Positions 23,429 to 32,000 of a stretch of DNA of 32,844 nucleotides are shown here, piece after piece. The translations under genes were made by a program, and so were the position numbers. The number at the start of each line of letters is the position of its first letter. Positions within the stretch are counted from its first letter, which is position 1. Under the pieces are notes generated by a model. The model did not search any database and was not told the origin of the DNA. It saw nothing but the letters and a program-made list of their open reading frames with translations. The DNA is from an uncultured Candidatus Saccharibacteria bacterium (GTDB lineage Bacteria > Patescibacteriota > Minisyncoccia > Phycocordibacterales > UBA9973), in the NCBI GenBank assembly GCA_964613525.1, contig CAZTIN010000002.1, positions 1-32,844 of the forward strand. The letters are read 5' to 3'.

Positions 23429-24679
23429 ATGAGGTTATTCCCAGCATTAAAGGTCTATCTAGACTATGCTTCTGGCGCTCTTATGAAAAAGAGCGCTCTT
23501 AGTGCTGTTTACGGGATTTTAAATAAAAAATTAGGTAACCCATCTTCTATTCATTCGTTTGGAGCGGAGCCTAAAACCATATTAGAAAATTCCAGGAAAA
23601 TCATTGCCGATTCTATTAGCGCTAATTCTAATAATATTATCTTTACTTCAAGTGCTACTGAGAGTATCGCCATGGCAATACACGGCACTGTTATGTCAGC
23701 ACGCGTGGAGTTCAGTAAGCCACATATAATTACTTCTACAATAGAGCATAGCGCCATTCTTAAGAATTGCGAATTGTTAGAAAAAAATAATTTAGCCGAA
23801 GTTACTTACATAAAGCCTGACGATAGTACTGGCCTAATCGGCGCTGATTCTATCGTTAAAAATATAAAACCTAATACAGTGCTAGTGTCCATTCATTCAG
23901 TTAATAGCGAAATAGGGATTATGCAAGACATAGGTTCTTATGTTAAAGCATTGAATTCTTATAAAGAAAATAAATATGGTATTAAAAATATGAGATTTAC
24001 AAATAAATCTTACTATCCTTATTTACATATTGATGCTACTCAAGACTATGTACACAATGATATTAGTTCTCATGTATTAAAAGGTGTTGACTTAATATCT
24101 TTCAATAGTGTTAAAATCGGCGGCCCAGCTGGTGTAGGTGTTCTTTATAGGAGAATAAATACGGAAATTAGCCCTATGTATGCTGGCGGTTCTCAGGAAT
24201 TTGGATTTAGGCCTGGAACAGTATCTGTCCACGATATTTATGCATTTGCTTGTACTGCATCTATTCATAAAAAACAAATAGATAAACTAGAGTCTAAATA
24301 TGCAGAATTGAAGAAATATTTACTAGGTGGAATTAGGAATTTGTCTAGCCAGAATAATTTTGATTTTGTGGAAAATAGTAGCGAAAATTCCGTACCTAGT
24401 ATTGTTAGTATTTCGTTTCCTTATTTTTCTGGTCAGCAAATGGCTGTTGAACTTGATGCCAGAGGTGTCGCTGTGTCTAGTAAAAGCGCGTGTAATACAG
24501 GCGATGCAGGGGAATCATACGTAGTATGGCAAATACGTAATATTTCTGAAGAAAAAACGTATAATAATTATGGGACTATCCGAATTTCTTTTGGTCCTGA
24601 GACTAAAAAAAGTCATATTGATAAATTATTAAAATCATTGCAAGAGATAATTAACACATACAAAGGTGTGTTATACTAA
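23429..24679 (+). CDS. cysteine desulfurase family protein (class V aminotransferase, NifS/IscS-like)
   Basis: VYLDYASGA start, PLP-Lys context SFNSVKIGGPAGVGVLY, and the active-site Cys loop SSKSACNTG. Confidence 0.82.
   Translation: MRLFPALKVYLDYASGALMKKSALSAVYGILNKKLGNPSSIHSFGAEPKTILENSRKIIADSISANSNNIIFTSSATESIAMAIHGTVMSARVEFSKPHIITSTIEHSAILKNCELLEKNNLAEVTYIKPDDSTGLIGADSIVKNIKPNTVLVSIHSVNSEIGIMQDIGSYVKALNSYKENKYGIKNMRFTNKSYYPYLHIDATQDYVHNDISSHVLKGVDLISFNSVKIGGPAGVGVLYRRINTEISPMYAGGSQEFGFRPGTVSVHDIYAFACTASIHKKQIDKLESKYAELKKYLLGGIRNLSSQNNFDFVENSSENSVPSIVSISFPYFSGQQMAVELDARGVAVSSKSACNTGDAGESYVVWQIRNISEEKTYNNYGTIRISFGPETKKSHIDKLLKSLQEIINTYKGVLY
24669..24677 (+). promoter_or_regulatory. extended -10 promoter TGtTATACT, 9 nt before the clpB ATG
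   Basis: TGT plus TATACT (24672-24677). It overlaps the last codons of the upstream gene. Confidence 0.4.
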
Positions 24680-24686
24680 ATAATAT

Positions 24687-27377
24687 ATGCCACCATTTAC
24701 ACACTTTACAACCAAAGCAAAAGAAGTAATTAGGCGCGCTCATGAATTCGTCATAGAGCGTGGTCAAAACCACGTGTCTAGTGTGCATTTACTAGCAGCT
24801 CTGGTAACTTCTGAAGATATAGTAATACTGCCAATATTAGAGAAGCTAGACATAGACACTACTCATCTAGTAGACATAATACTGGAGCACATAGAAATAC
24901 CGGAAAGAGGTAATACTCTTTCACCATCATATCAAATATACCTGACACCTGACCTAGCTCAGGTTATTGAGCATTCAAGTAAAGTCGCTGCATCTCAGAA
25001 GAGCGAATTTGTTGATGTGGAACATTTATTCTTGGCATTATTTGATGTTCAGTCTGAAGCAAAAAGAATACTAGAAAGATTTAAAATCAGTAAAGACTCT
25101 GTCTTTAAAGTCTTAGAAGATGCAAAAACTGAATCTGCGGAACCCGCAGTTTCTAATAAGAAAACTAAGAATCTTGAGAAGTATGCTCGTAATTTAACTG
25201 AACTAGCGCGCAACGATAAACTGGATCCAGTTATCGGCCGTGATACTGAAATAATGCGCATAATGCAAATACTTTCACGCAGGACAAAGAACAACCCAGT
25301 GCTTATTGGTGAAGCTGGAACTGGTAAAACAGCAGTTGTAGAAGGTCTTGCAAATAGAATAGTCAAAGGTGATATCCCTGATACGCTCAAAGATAAAGAA
25401 ATAATATCTTTAGACCTAGGATTACTACTTGCTGGTACAAAATACCGTGGTGAATTCGAAGAAAGACTAAGGGCTATTATGAAAGAAGTTGAAAAGTCTG
25501 ACGGTAAAATAATACTATTCATAGATGAGCTTCATACAATAGTCGGCGCAGGTGCGTCAGAAGGCTCATTAGACGCTTCTAATATGCTTAAGCCTGCTCT
25601 TGCTCGCGGTGAGCTTCGTGCCATTGGTGCAACGACTATTAAAGAGTATCAGAAGCATATTGAAAAAGATCCAGCACTAGCTCGTAGATTCCAACCAGTT
25701 TATGTGGAAGAACCAAGCGTAGAAGATGCTGTGGCAATACTGCGTGGTCTTAAGGATAAATATGAAATATTCCACGGTGTTCATATTACTGATGACGCTA
25801 TACTTTCGGCTGTAAACCTTTCTACTCGTTATATTACTAACAGGTTCTTGCCAGACAAGGCGGTGGACTTAATAGATGAAGCATCGTCTTCTCTTAAGAT
25901 AGCGTTAGAAAATAAACCTAAAGAATTAGAAGATTCACATCGCAGAATAATGCGTCTTGAAATAGAGAGAGAAGCAATTCTAAAAGACGTAAAGAAGAAG
26001 GGTTCCCGCGCTCCGAAAGAAATAAAAGAGCGCCTAGAAGTTATAGAGGAAGAAATAGCAACACAGAAAAACAAAATCAAAGACCTAGAAGTAAGATGGG
26101 CTAACGAAAAAGAAATAGTAATTAGTATTAGGCAAATAAAGAAAGATTTAGAGCTACTCCGCAATGAAGCTGATAATGCACAGCTACGTCAGGACCTGTC
26201 ACGTGCTGCGGAGATTCGTTATGGCGAGATACCGCTACTACGTAAAGAACTGGATTCTAAAATGCAAAAGCTAAAAAGAATGCAAAAGACTCGCCGTATT
26301 CTGAAAGAAGAAATAACAGCTGAAGATATAGCTGAAGTTGTAAGCCGCTGGACTGGTATACCACTAATGCGCATGCTAGAAGAAGAAAAACAAAAGCTGC
26401 TTCGTATGGAAGACGAGCTGAAAAAGCGTGTGGTAGGTCAAGATGAAGCAGTCACAAAGGTTGCAGAAACAGTGAGAAGAAGTCGAGCAGGTATCGCTGA
26501 CCCGAACAAACCAATTGGTTCATTTATATTCCTAGGTCCTACAGGTGTTGGTAAAACAGAGCTTACTAAAGCATTAGCTGAATTCATGTTTAACGACGAG
26601 AAGGCATTAGTTCGTGTAGACATGTCCGAATATATGGAACGCCATAGTGTATCTAAACTGGTTGGCTCACCACCAGGTTACGTGGGGCACGATGATTCAG
26701 GTCAGCTTACCGAAGCTGTACGTCACAGACCTTATTCAGTAGTATTGTTTGACGAAGTTGAAAAGGCTCATCCAGAAGTATTTAATATCTTACTGCAAGT
26801 TCTTGATGAAGGCCGCCTAACAGATGCCAAAGGCCGCATCGTTAATTTCCGTAACACTATAATAATCCTGACATCTAATATTGGTTCACAGTTTATTGAT
26901 AAAATGGAATCTATCGGATTTGGCTCTCACTCCCAGGCTTCGGCTTATAATGATGCTAAAGACAAAGTTATGGACTCTTTAAAGAATCATTTCCGTCCAG
27001 AATTCTTGAACAGGTTAGACGAAGTCGTAGTGTTTGATGTACTATCTCCGGAAACTATCCGTGAAATAGTATCTCTAAGAACTCAAGCTGTAAGAGATAG
27101 GCTCTTAACCAAAGGCATTGATCTTCAAATATCAGAAACTGCTTATGCATATTTAGCTAAAGAAGGTTATGACCCGCACTATGGAGCCCGTCCTTTGAAC
27201 AGACTAATTCAGACCAAGATACTAAACCCAATAGCAACACATCTTATTGCTAACGATATAGTGCCAGGTACTGTCGTAGAAGTAACAGAGAAGAATGGTA
27301 TTCTTGTAGTAGAGCACAAAACTAAAAAACGTGTTAAATCAACAATGGTTGTAAAACCAAAGAAAAAAGCAGCCTAG
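24687..27377 (+). CDS. clpB: ATP-dependent chaperone ClpB
   Basis: Clp N-domain, NBD1 Walker A GEAGTGKT, a long coiled-coil middle domain, NBD2 GPTGVGKT, and sensor motifs. 896 aa. Confidence 0.97.
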   Translation: MPPFTHFTTKAKEVIRRAHEFVIERGQNHVSSVHLLAALVTSEDIVILPILEKLDIDTTHLVDIILEHIEIPERGNTLSPSYQIYLTPDLAQVIEHSSKVAASQKSEFVDVEHLFLALFDVQSEAKRILERFKISKDSVFKVLEDAKTESAEPAVSNKKTKNLEKYARNLTELARNDKLDPVIGRDTEIMRIMQILSRRTKNNPVLIGEAGTGKTAVVEGLANRIVKGDIPDTLKDKEIISLDLGLLLAGTKYRGEFEERLRAIMKEVEKSDGKIILFIDELHTIVGAGASEGSLDASNMLKPALARGELRAIGATTIKEYQKHIEKDPALARRFQPVYVEEPSVEDAVAILRGLKDKYEIFHGVHITDDAILSAVNLSTRYITNRFLPDKAVDLIDEASSSLKIALENKPKELEDSHRRIMRLEIEREAILKDVKKKGSRAPKEIKERLEVIEEEIATQKNKIKDLEVRWANEKEIVISIRQIKKDLELLRNEADNAQLRQDLSRAAEIRYGEIPLLRKELDSKMQKLKRMQKTRRILKEEITAEDIAEVVSRWTGIPLMRMLEEEKQKLLRMEDELKKRVVGQDEAVTKVAETVRRSRAGIADPNKPIGSFIFLGPTGVGKTELTKALAEFMFNDEKALVRVDMSEYMERHSVSKLVGSPPGYVGHDDSGQLTEAVRHRPYSVVLFDEVEKAHPEVFNILLQVLDEGRLTDAKGRIVNFRNTIIILTSNIGSQFIDKMESIGFGSHSQASAYNDAKDKVMDSLKNHFRPEFLNRLDEVVVFDVLSPETIREIVSLRTQAVRDRLLTKGIDLQISETAYAYLAKEGYDPHYGARPLNRLIQTKILNPIATHLIANDIVPGTVVEVTEKNGILVVEHKTKKRVKSTMVVKPKKKAA

Positions 27378-27388
27378 GCTGCTTTTTT
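27363..27388 (+). terminator. intrinsic terminator overlapping the clpB stop codon
   Basis: AAAAAAGCAGCC TAGG... GGCTGCTTTTTT forms a palindrome followed by a T6 run. Confidence 0.7.
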
Positions 27389-27394
27389 CTATTG

Positions 27395-27477
27395 TGCGCC
27401 GGGTTGGATTCGAACCAACGAAGCCCAGGGGCGACAGATTTACAGTCTGTTGTAATTGACCACTCTACCACCGACGC
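27395..27477 (-). tRNA. tRNA-Tyr (anticodon GTA)
   Basis: 83 nt. Acceptor GCGTCGG/CCGGCGC, anticodon stem-loop ACAGA CTGTAAA TCTGT, 14-nt variable arm, T-loop TTCGAAT. Confidence 0.85.
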
Positions 27478-27538
27478 ATTCAAGTAACTGTAGACTATTA
27501 TACATAAATATTATTATTTTTCAATAATTTGTTAATTG

Positions 27539-27547
27539 TGCTAATAT
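27539..27547 (+). promoter_or_regulatory. extended -10 promoter TGcTAATAT, 6 nt before the alr ATG (leaderless)
   Basis: TGC plus TAATAT (27542-27547), gap CTTTAT, then ATG 27554. Confidence 0.5.
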
Positions 27548-27553
27548 CTTTAT

Positions 27554-28669
27554 ATGGATAACAGGACATGGGTAGAAATAAATAAAAAGGCAATCTTGAA
27601 CAATTTGAAAGGCTATCTCAGCGCCATGCCTGATAATGCAGAAGTAATGCCAGTAATAAAGGCTAATGCTTATGGTCACGGACAGGAAATAGTAATGGAC
27701 ATTATAGCGCCATTCGTTAACAACGTTGCCGTATTTACGATGGAAGATGCTTTATCTATTCGTGCAAAATACAAAGATGTAAATATTTTAGTACTAAACC
27801 AGGTATATCTAAACGAACTAGATTTAGCTATTAAGAATAATATCGACATTACAGTAGCCAATATTAATACTCTTAAGAAAATAGTAGTACATAGCAAAGT
27901 ATCTGATATCCTAATCAACCTAAAAATAGATACTGGCTTATCACGTCAAGGTTTACAGATAGATCACATTCCGGATGTCTTAAAAATACTAAAGCAAAAC
28001 CCAAAAGCTAACATTGTTTCTATATATACACACCTTATCGGAGCAGAGAACAAAGAATTTGATAAGTATACTGAAAAGCAATATCACGAAATAAATATTT
28101 GGCAGGACAAGCTAAACAAAAATGGTTACTATCCATTAGTACACACATCGGCTACGTCTGGGTATTTGATGCAAGATCGTATGGCTTTTGATATAGTGCG
28201 TCTCGGTATAGGGCTATATGGACTATGGCCAAGTAATGAAGTAGAAGAATCATCCAGTAATATGGTTAAACTAACCCCAGTATTATCATGGAAAGCCAGC
28301 ATTACCCAAGTTAAAAATATTAAAAAGGGTGACACTGTAGCATACGACGCTACTTTTACAGCAACTAAGGATATGAAGATAGGTATAGTGTCGGTTGGGT
28401 ACTGGGATGGTATACCGCGCAGCCTGTCTAACAATGGCTATATGTTAGTCAAAGGCGTTAAATGTAAAATATTAGGTAGGGTAATGATGAATATGTGCGT
28501 AATTGACCTATCCAGTGTTAAGTCAGTAAAATCAGGGGACACTGCTGCAATAATTGGCCAAAGTCAGGGTTTATCTATCAGCACAGAAGAATTTGCGTCT
28601 CTTGCTGGAACTATAAACTATGAGGTCATTACAAGAATAAACCCGTCTATAAAGCGTATTGCAAAATAA
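27554..28669 (+). CDS. alr: alanine racemase
   Basis: PLP-Lys motif PVIKANAYGHG, then R.GIGLYG and a C-terminal beta domain with NYEVITRI. Confidence 0.92.
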   Translation: MDNRTWVEINKKAILNNLKGYLSAMPDNAEVMPVIKANAYGHGQEIVMDIIAPFVNNVAVFTMEDALSIRAKYKDVNILVLNQVYLNELDLAIKNNIDITVANINTLKKIVVHSKVSDILINLKIDTGLSRQGLQIDHIPDVLKILKQNPKANIVSIYTHLIGAENKEFDKYTEKQYHEINIWQDKLNKNGYYPLVHTSATSGYLMQDRMAFDIVRLGIGLYGLWPSNEVEESSSNMVKLTPVLSWKASITQVKNIKKGDTVAYDATFTATKDMKIGIVSVGYWDGIPRSLSNNGYMLVKGVKCKILGRVMMNMCVIDLSSVKSVKSGDTAAIIGQSQGLSISTEEFASLAGTINYEVITRINPSIKRIAK

Positions 28670-28678
28670 TACAGATTA

Positions 28679-28687
28679 TGCTATAAT
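28679..28687 (+). promoter_or_regulatory. extended -10 promoter TGcTATAAT
   Basis: TGC plus TATAAT (28682-28687). The gap to ATG 28717 is 29 nt. Confidence 0.55.
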
Positions 28688-28716
28688 AGCAGGGTAATTC
28701 AGTTAATAAAATTTTT

Positions 28717-28872
28717 ATGCCACAGAAAGCACTAGTTAAATTACAGAATAAAGACACAAAGGAAGTTTATTTTACTCGTAAGAATAAGAAAACTAACACG
28801 GCAAAGCTAGAGTTTAAAAAGTACTCTCGCAAGCTTAAAAAGCACGTTGTCTTTAAAGAAGTAAAGAAGTAA
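28717..28872 (+). CDS. rpmG: 50S ribosomal protein L33 (Cys-less form), 51 aa, absent from the ORF track
   Basis: Hand translation gives MPQKALVKLQNKDTKEVYFTRKNKKTNTAKLEFKKYSRKLKKHVVFKEVKK. The Y.T.KNKKN....LE.KKY...L.KH..FKE.K pattern fits L33. Confidence 0.8.
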   Translation: MPQKALVKLQNKDTKEVYFTRKNKKTNTAKLEFKKYSRKLKKHVVFKEVKK

Positions 28873-28874
28873 AA

Positions 28875-28898
28875 ATACTCCCAAACGGGGGTATTTTT
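28875..28898 (+). terminator. intrinsic terminator
   Basis: ATACTCCC (28875-28882) pairs with GGGGGTAT (28887-28894, one G-T wobble), followed by a T-run. Confidence 0.7.
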
Positions 28899-28904
28899 AC
28901 TATA

Positions 28905-28933
28905 TTGCAAGATACGCACAAATGTGGTTTAAT
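28905..28933 (+). promoter_or_regulatory. promoter TTGCAA-N17-(TGg)TTTAAT
   Basis: TTGCAA at 28905-28910 and TTTAAT at 28928-28933, preceded by TGG. The gap to ATG 28960 is 26 nt. Confidence 0.55.
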
Positions 28934-28959
28934 TAAGAAACCTTTTAAAATATCTATTT

Positions 28960-29400
28960 ATGGCAAATTTATATACAGTGGAGTTTTTCGCTGTATATCG
29001 CGGAATAACTCTTAGTCAGGATGATAACAAATACTTTTTCTCGCTATTTTTTAATGACGATGACTCAATAAAAGATGATCGAATCTATTTAGAAAAGAAA
29101 TTGTATAATGATCTTTCCACTATCAAGCTAGGTATGCGCGTATGGCCGGTTATCCTAAGAGCATCTTTCTATTTAGGTAATAAGGTAAACCATACTTTCC
29201 GTCGTAGTCTCAAAAGAGAATCATTCAAAATATTCAGAGCCGCTTATAATAAACTCAGTGTTATTACAGGTAAAGCCGAATATTTAATAAAACCAAATTC
29301 TTCAGACAGGTATATACTTGTTAAAATATATCCTAAAACAAAGCTCAGGCTAATATCTGGCAACTCGACAAGACTAATAACATACGACGATCTAAAGTAA
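28960..29400 (+). CDS. hypothetical protein
   Basis: 146-aa ORF with its own promoter and terminator. No family recognised. Confidence 0.5.
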   Translation: MANLYTVEFFAVYRGITLSQDDNKYFFSLFFNDDDSIKDDRIYLEKKLYNDLSTIKLGMRVWPVILRASFYLGNKVNHTFRRSLKRESFKIFRAAYNKLSVITGKAEYLIKPNSSDRYILVKIYPKTKLRLISGNSTRLITYDDLK

Positions 29401-29425
29401 AAAGAGCCTCTCGGCTCTTTTTTTT
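29401..29425 (+). terminator. intrinsic terminator
   Basis: AGAGCC (29403-29408) pairs with GGCTCT (29413-29418), followed by a T7 run. Confidence 0.75.
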
Positions 29426-29428
29426 ATG

Positions 29429-29499
29429 CGGGCGGTGGAAGAATCGAACTCCCGCCAGAGGTTTTGGAGACCCCTGTTCTGCCACTAAACTAACCGCCC
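29429..29499 (-). tRNA. tRNA-Trp (anticodon CCA)
   Basis: 71 nt. Acceptor GGGCGGT/ACCGCCC, discriminator G, anticodon stem-loop GGGGT CTCCAAA ACCTC, T-loop TTCGATT. Confidence 0.85.
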
Positions 29500-29521
29500 G
29501 TGTATCTACTTATATCACAAT

Positions 29522-30439
29522 TTAACCCAAAAGAAAATCCAAGGCTAAATCATCAGCTTCTTTTTGGGATTTGTTTTTATTGCTCATATCAAGCCATGTA
29601 ATATTCTTATTTTTCTTAAACCAGGTTAGCTGACGCTTGGCATAATCAAGAGTTTCTTTGTTTATGGAATTAGTACATTCTTCGTTATTTATTTTACCTT
29701 GCGCTAGTAATGCTAGATATTTATATTCCAAGCCTAATTTTTCCAGCTTACTATAACTAACACCAGAATCTTTTATCTTCATTATCTCTTTTAGCATAAT
29801 TTGAAGACCTCTTTTATTTGTCCTGTCTTTGATGTGTTCTTTGATTGTTTCATTAGGTAGCTTTAGCCCAATAAATAGTGTTTCATATTTTAATTTTGGT
29901 TCTACTAATTTTGGCACTGTACCTAACGCTGCTATTATCTCTAGCGCTCTTATTAGCCTGACTTTATTATGTCTATCTATGTTTTGAGCACGTTCTTTGT
30001 CTAAATTCTCTAGTTTTGTAAAAAGCTCATTAGCTGAGTATTTCTCTAATTCTTTGCGCAATTTTGCATTTGGTTTTACTTCTGGAATTGTTTTACTAAA
30101 AACTAAATTATCTATATATAAACCTGTACCACCACATATGATAGGTATTATGTTTTTACTATGCAGATCTTTTATTATTTTAGTCGCTTCTTTTTTGTAC
30201 CGAGCTACAGAATAATTAGTTTTATAATTTACAACTGAAATCATGTGGTGTTTAATACCCTGCATTTCCTTTTTTGTTATCTTAGCGCTAATTGTGTCTC
30301 CATCTATATAAACTTGTCTTGAGTCAGCTGAAATTATTTCGGATTTTATTCCGTTTTGCTTTAGATAGATAGACAAAGCTACCGACAGGTCACTTTTGCC
30401 GGTAGCTGTTTGTCCGCAAATAACAATGCATTTGTTCAT
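29522..30439 (-). CDS. miaA: tRNA dimethylallyltransferase
   Basis: P-loop ICGQTATGKS and the IPPT family core (GGTGLYI...). The ATG abuts the murA stop codon with no spacer. Confidence 0.92.
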   Translation of the reverse strand: MNKCIVICGQTATGKSDLSVALSIYLKQNGIKSEIISADSRQVYIDGDTISAKITKKEMQGIKHHMISVVNYKTNYSVARYKKEATKIIKDLHSKNIIPIICGGTGLYIDNLVFSKTIPEVKPNAKLRKELEKYSANELFTKLENLDKERAQNIDRHNKVRLIRALEIIAALGTVPKLVEPKLKYETLFIGLKLPNETIKEHIKDRTNKRGLQIMLKEIMKIKDSGVSYSKLEKLGLEYKYLALLAQGKINNEECTNSINKETLDYAKRQLTWFKKNKNITWLDMSNKNKSQKEADDLALDFLLG

Positions 30440-31966
30440 TTAGCCTACACTTTTGATTTGTCTTACATCAGCTCCTAGGTCGCTAAGTCTTTCTATTAGA
30501 CCTTCGTACCCACGGTTAATAGCATAGACATTACGCAGTATTGATTTACCTTCGGCTGCTAGCATGGCAATAAGTATAATAGTTGCTGGGCGCAGTGCTG
30601 GTGGGCAGACTATCTGCGCTCCACGTAAATCTGTTCCTCCGTCTACGTATACACGGTGTGGGTCGGCAAGCATTACTTTTGCTCCTAGGCGGTTTAGTTC
30701 TGTAAAATATATTGCTCGGTTTTCCCATGTCCAGTCGTGTACTAGTGTGGTACCGTCCGCTACAGCAGCTATCGGCACAAAGAAAGGCAAGTTGTCATTA
30801 TTTATACCAGGGAATGGTAATGCATGTATTTTATCAGGTAGAGCTTTAAGCTTACTTTCTTTAATTGTTATATCAACTAGTTCAACATGACCATTTTTAC
30901 CTTTGTATGATTTACTAACAGTAAATTTTAATCCCATTTTTTCTAGTTTTAGTAGTTCAAGTCTTAGAAATTCAATAGGGCATCGTTTAATAGTAATATT
31001 ACTATTTGTTACGATTCCAGCAGCTAGGAAAAACATTGTTTCTATCGGGTCTTCACTGTTGTACCATTCTAGCTCTTCGTCTATTTCTTCTATACCACTA
31101 ACTTCTAGGGTAGTCGAACCGATCCCATTTATCTTTACACCTAGTCTTTCTAAGAAGAAGCACACATCTTGTACTTGGTAGTTAGGCGGAGCAAAACGAA
31201 TTATGGTTTTGCCAGGAGTCAGAGCCGCAGTCATTAACGCGTTTACTGCTGCCATATCGGACGCTTCGTATAGTACTATGTCGGCAGGTTTTATATTAGT
31301 ATTTTTAACTAGGTAATGCTTTGCTTCTGATTTTATTTTTATTCCAAATTTTTCCAGTGCAAACCTATGAGCTGAAATAGTTCTTTCACCCATTTTACAC
31401 CCACCTGGGTTAGGTAGGCGGAATTCTTTTATTCTATGTGCTAGTGGTGGAATCAAATACAAATTAACACGAATTCTACCAGCAATCGCTTCGTCTATAT
31501 TATCTATATCAAATTCATCCGGAGGAGTTATTTTAAGACTATGTTCTTCTACCCAATTAGTTTTGATACCAATACTTTCAAAAACTTCTATAAAACGAAA
31601 AACTTCTTCTATTCTTGGGACGCCATGAATAGTAGTTGCTGATTTATTTAAAAGTGATGCCGCCATCAGAGCCAAAGCTCCATTTTTAGAATAATGAGTT
31701 GTTACTTCGCCGGATAATTTCTTGCCGCCGACTATTTCAAAATCGTCAACTCTTGGAGCAAGAGTAATAAGCCTCTCGCCAAGAGTGTCGCCAATTCTTT
31801 CTAATTCTTTAGTGGTAAAATTTTGGTTACCTTTTTCCATTCTGGCTACTGCTGACTGAGATGTATCCAGCATTTTGGCAAAAGATGACTGGGTTAGGCC
31901 TTCACGTTCGCGGATAGTGCGTATAAGATAGCCTATATAATTTTGTAATGACTTTTTCTTTCCCAT
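30440..31966 (-). CDS. murA: UDP-N-acetylglucosamine 1-carboxyvinyltransferase with an N-terminal XRE-type HTH domain (fusion)
   Basis: aa 8-70 (IGYLIRTIREREGLTQSSFAKMLDTSQSAVARMEKGNQNFTTKELERIGDTLG) is a classic HTH_3 pattern. From about aa 73 the MurA pattern begins: FEIVGGKKLSGEVT..YSKNGALALMAASLL and the catalytic Cys loop PGGCKMGERTISAH. Confidence 0.88.
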   Translation of the reverse strand: MGKKKSLQNYIGYLIRTIREREGLTQSSFAKMLDTSQSAVARMEKGNQNFTTKELERIGDTLGERLITLAPRVDDFEIVGGKKLSGEVTTHYSKNGALALMAASLLNKSATTIHGVPRIEEVFRFIEVFESIGIKTNWVEEHSLKITPPDEFDIDNIDEAIAGRIRVNLYLIPPLAHRIKEFRLPNPGGCKMGERTISAHRFALEKFGIKIKSEAKHYLVKNTNIKPADIVLYEASDMAAVNALMTAALTPGKTIIRFAPPNYQVQDVCFFLERLGVKINGIGSTTLEVSGIEEIDEELEWYNSEDPIETMFFLAAGIVTNSNITIKRCPIEFLRLELLKLEKMGLKFTVSKSYKGKNGHVELVDITIKESKLKALPDKIHALPFPGINNDNLPFFVPIAAVADGTTLVHDWTWENRAIYFTELNRLGAKVMLADPHRVYVDGGTDLRGAQIVCPPALRPATIILIAMLAAEGKSILRNVYAINRGYEGLIERLSDLGADVRQIKSVG

Positions 31967-31972
31967 GGTAAC

Positions 31973-31994
31973 AATATATCATATATGATATATT
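31973..31994. promoter_or_regulatory. perfect 22-bp palindrome AATATATCATATATGATATATT, equal to two divergent TGaTATATT extended -10 elements and a candidate operator
   Basis: The plus strand has TGATATATT at 31986-31994, then a 6-nt gap and ATG 32001 (murB). The minus strand has TGATATATT at 31981-31973, then a 6-nt gap and ATG 31966 (murA). Confidence 0.6.
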
Positions 31995-32000
31995 ATGTAT

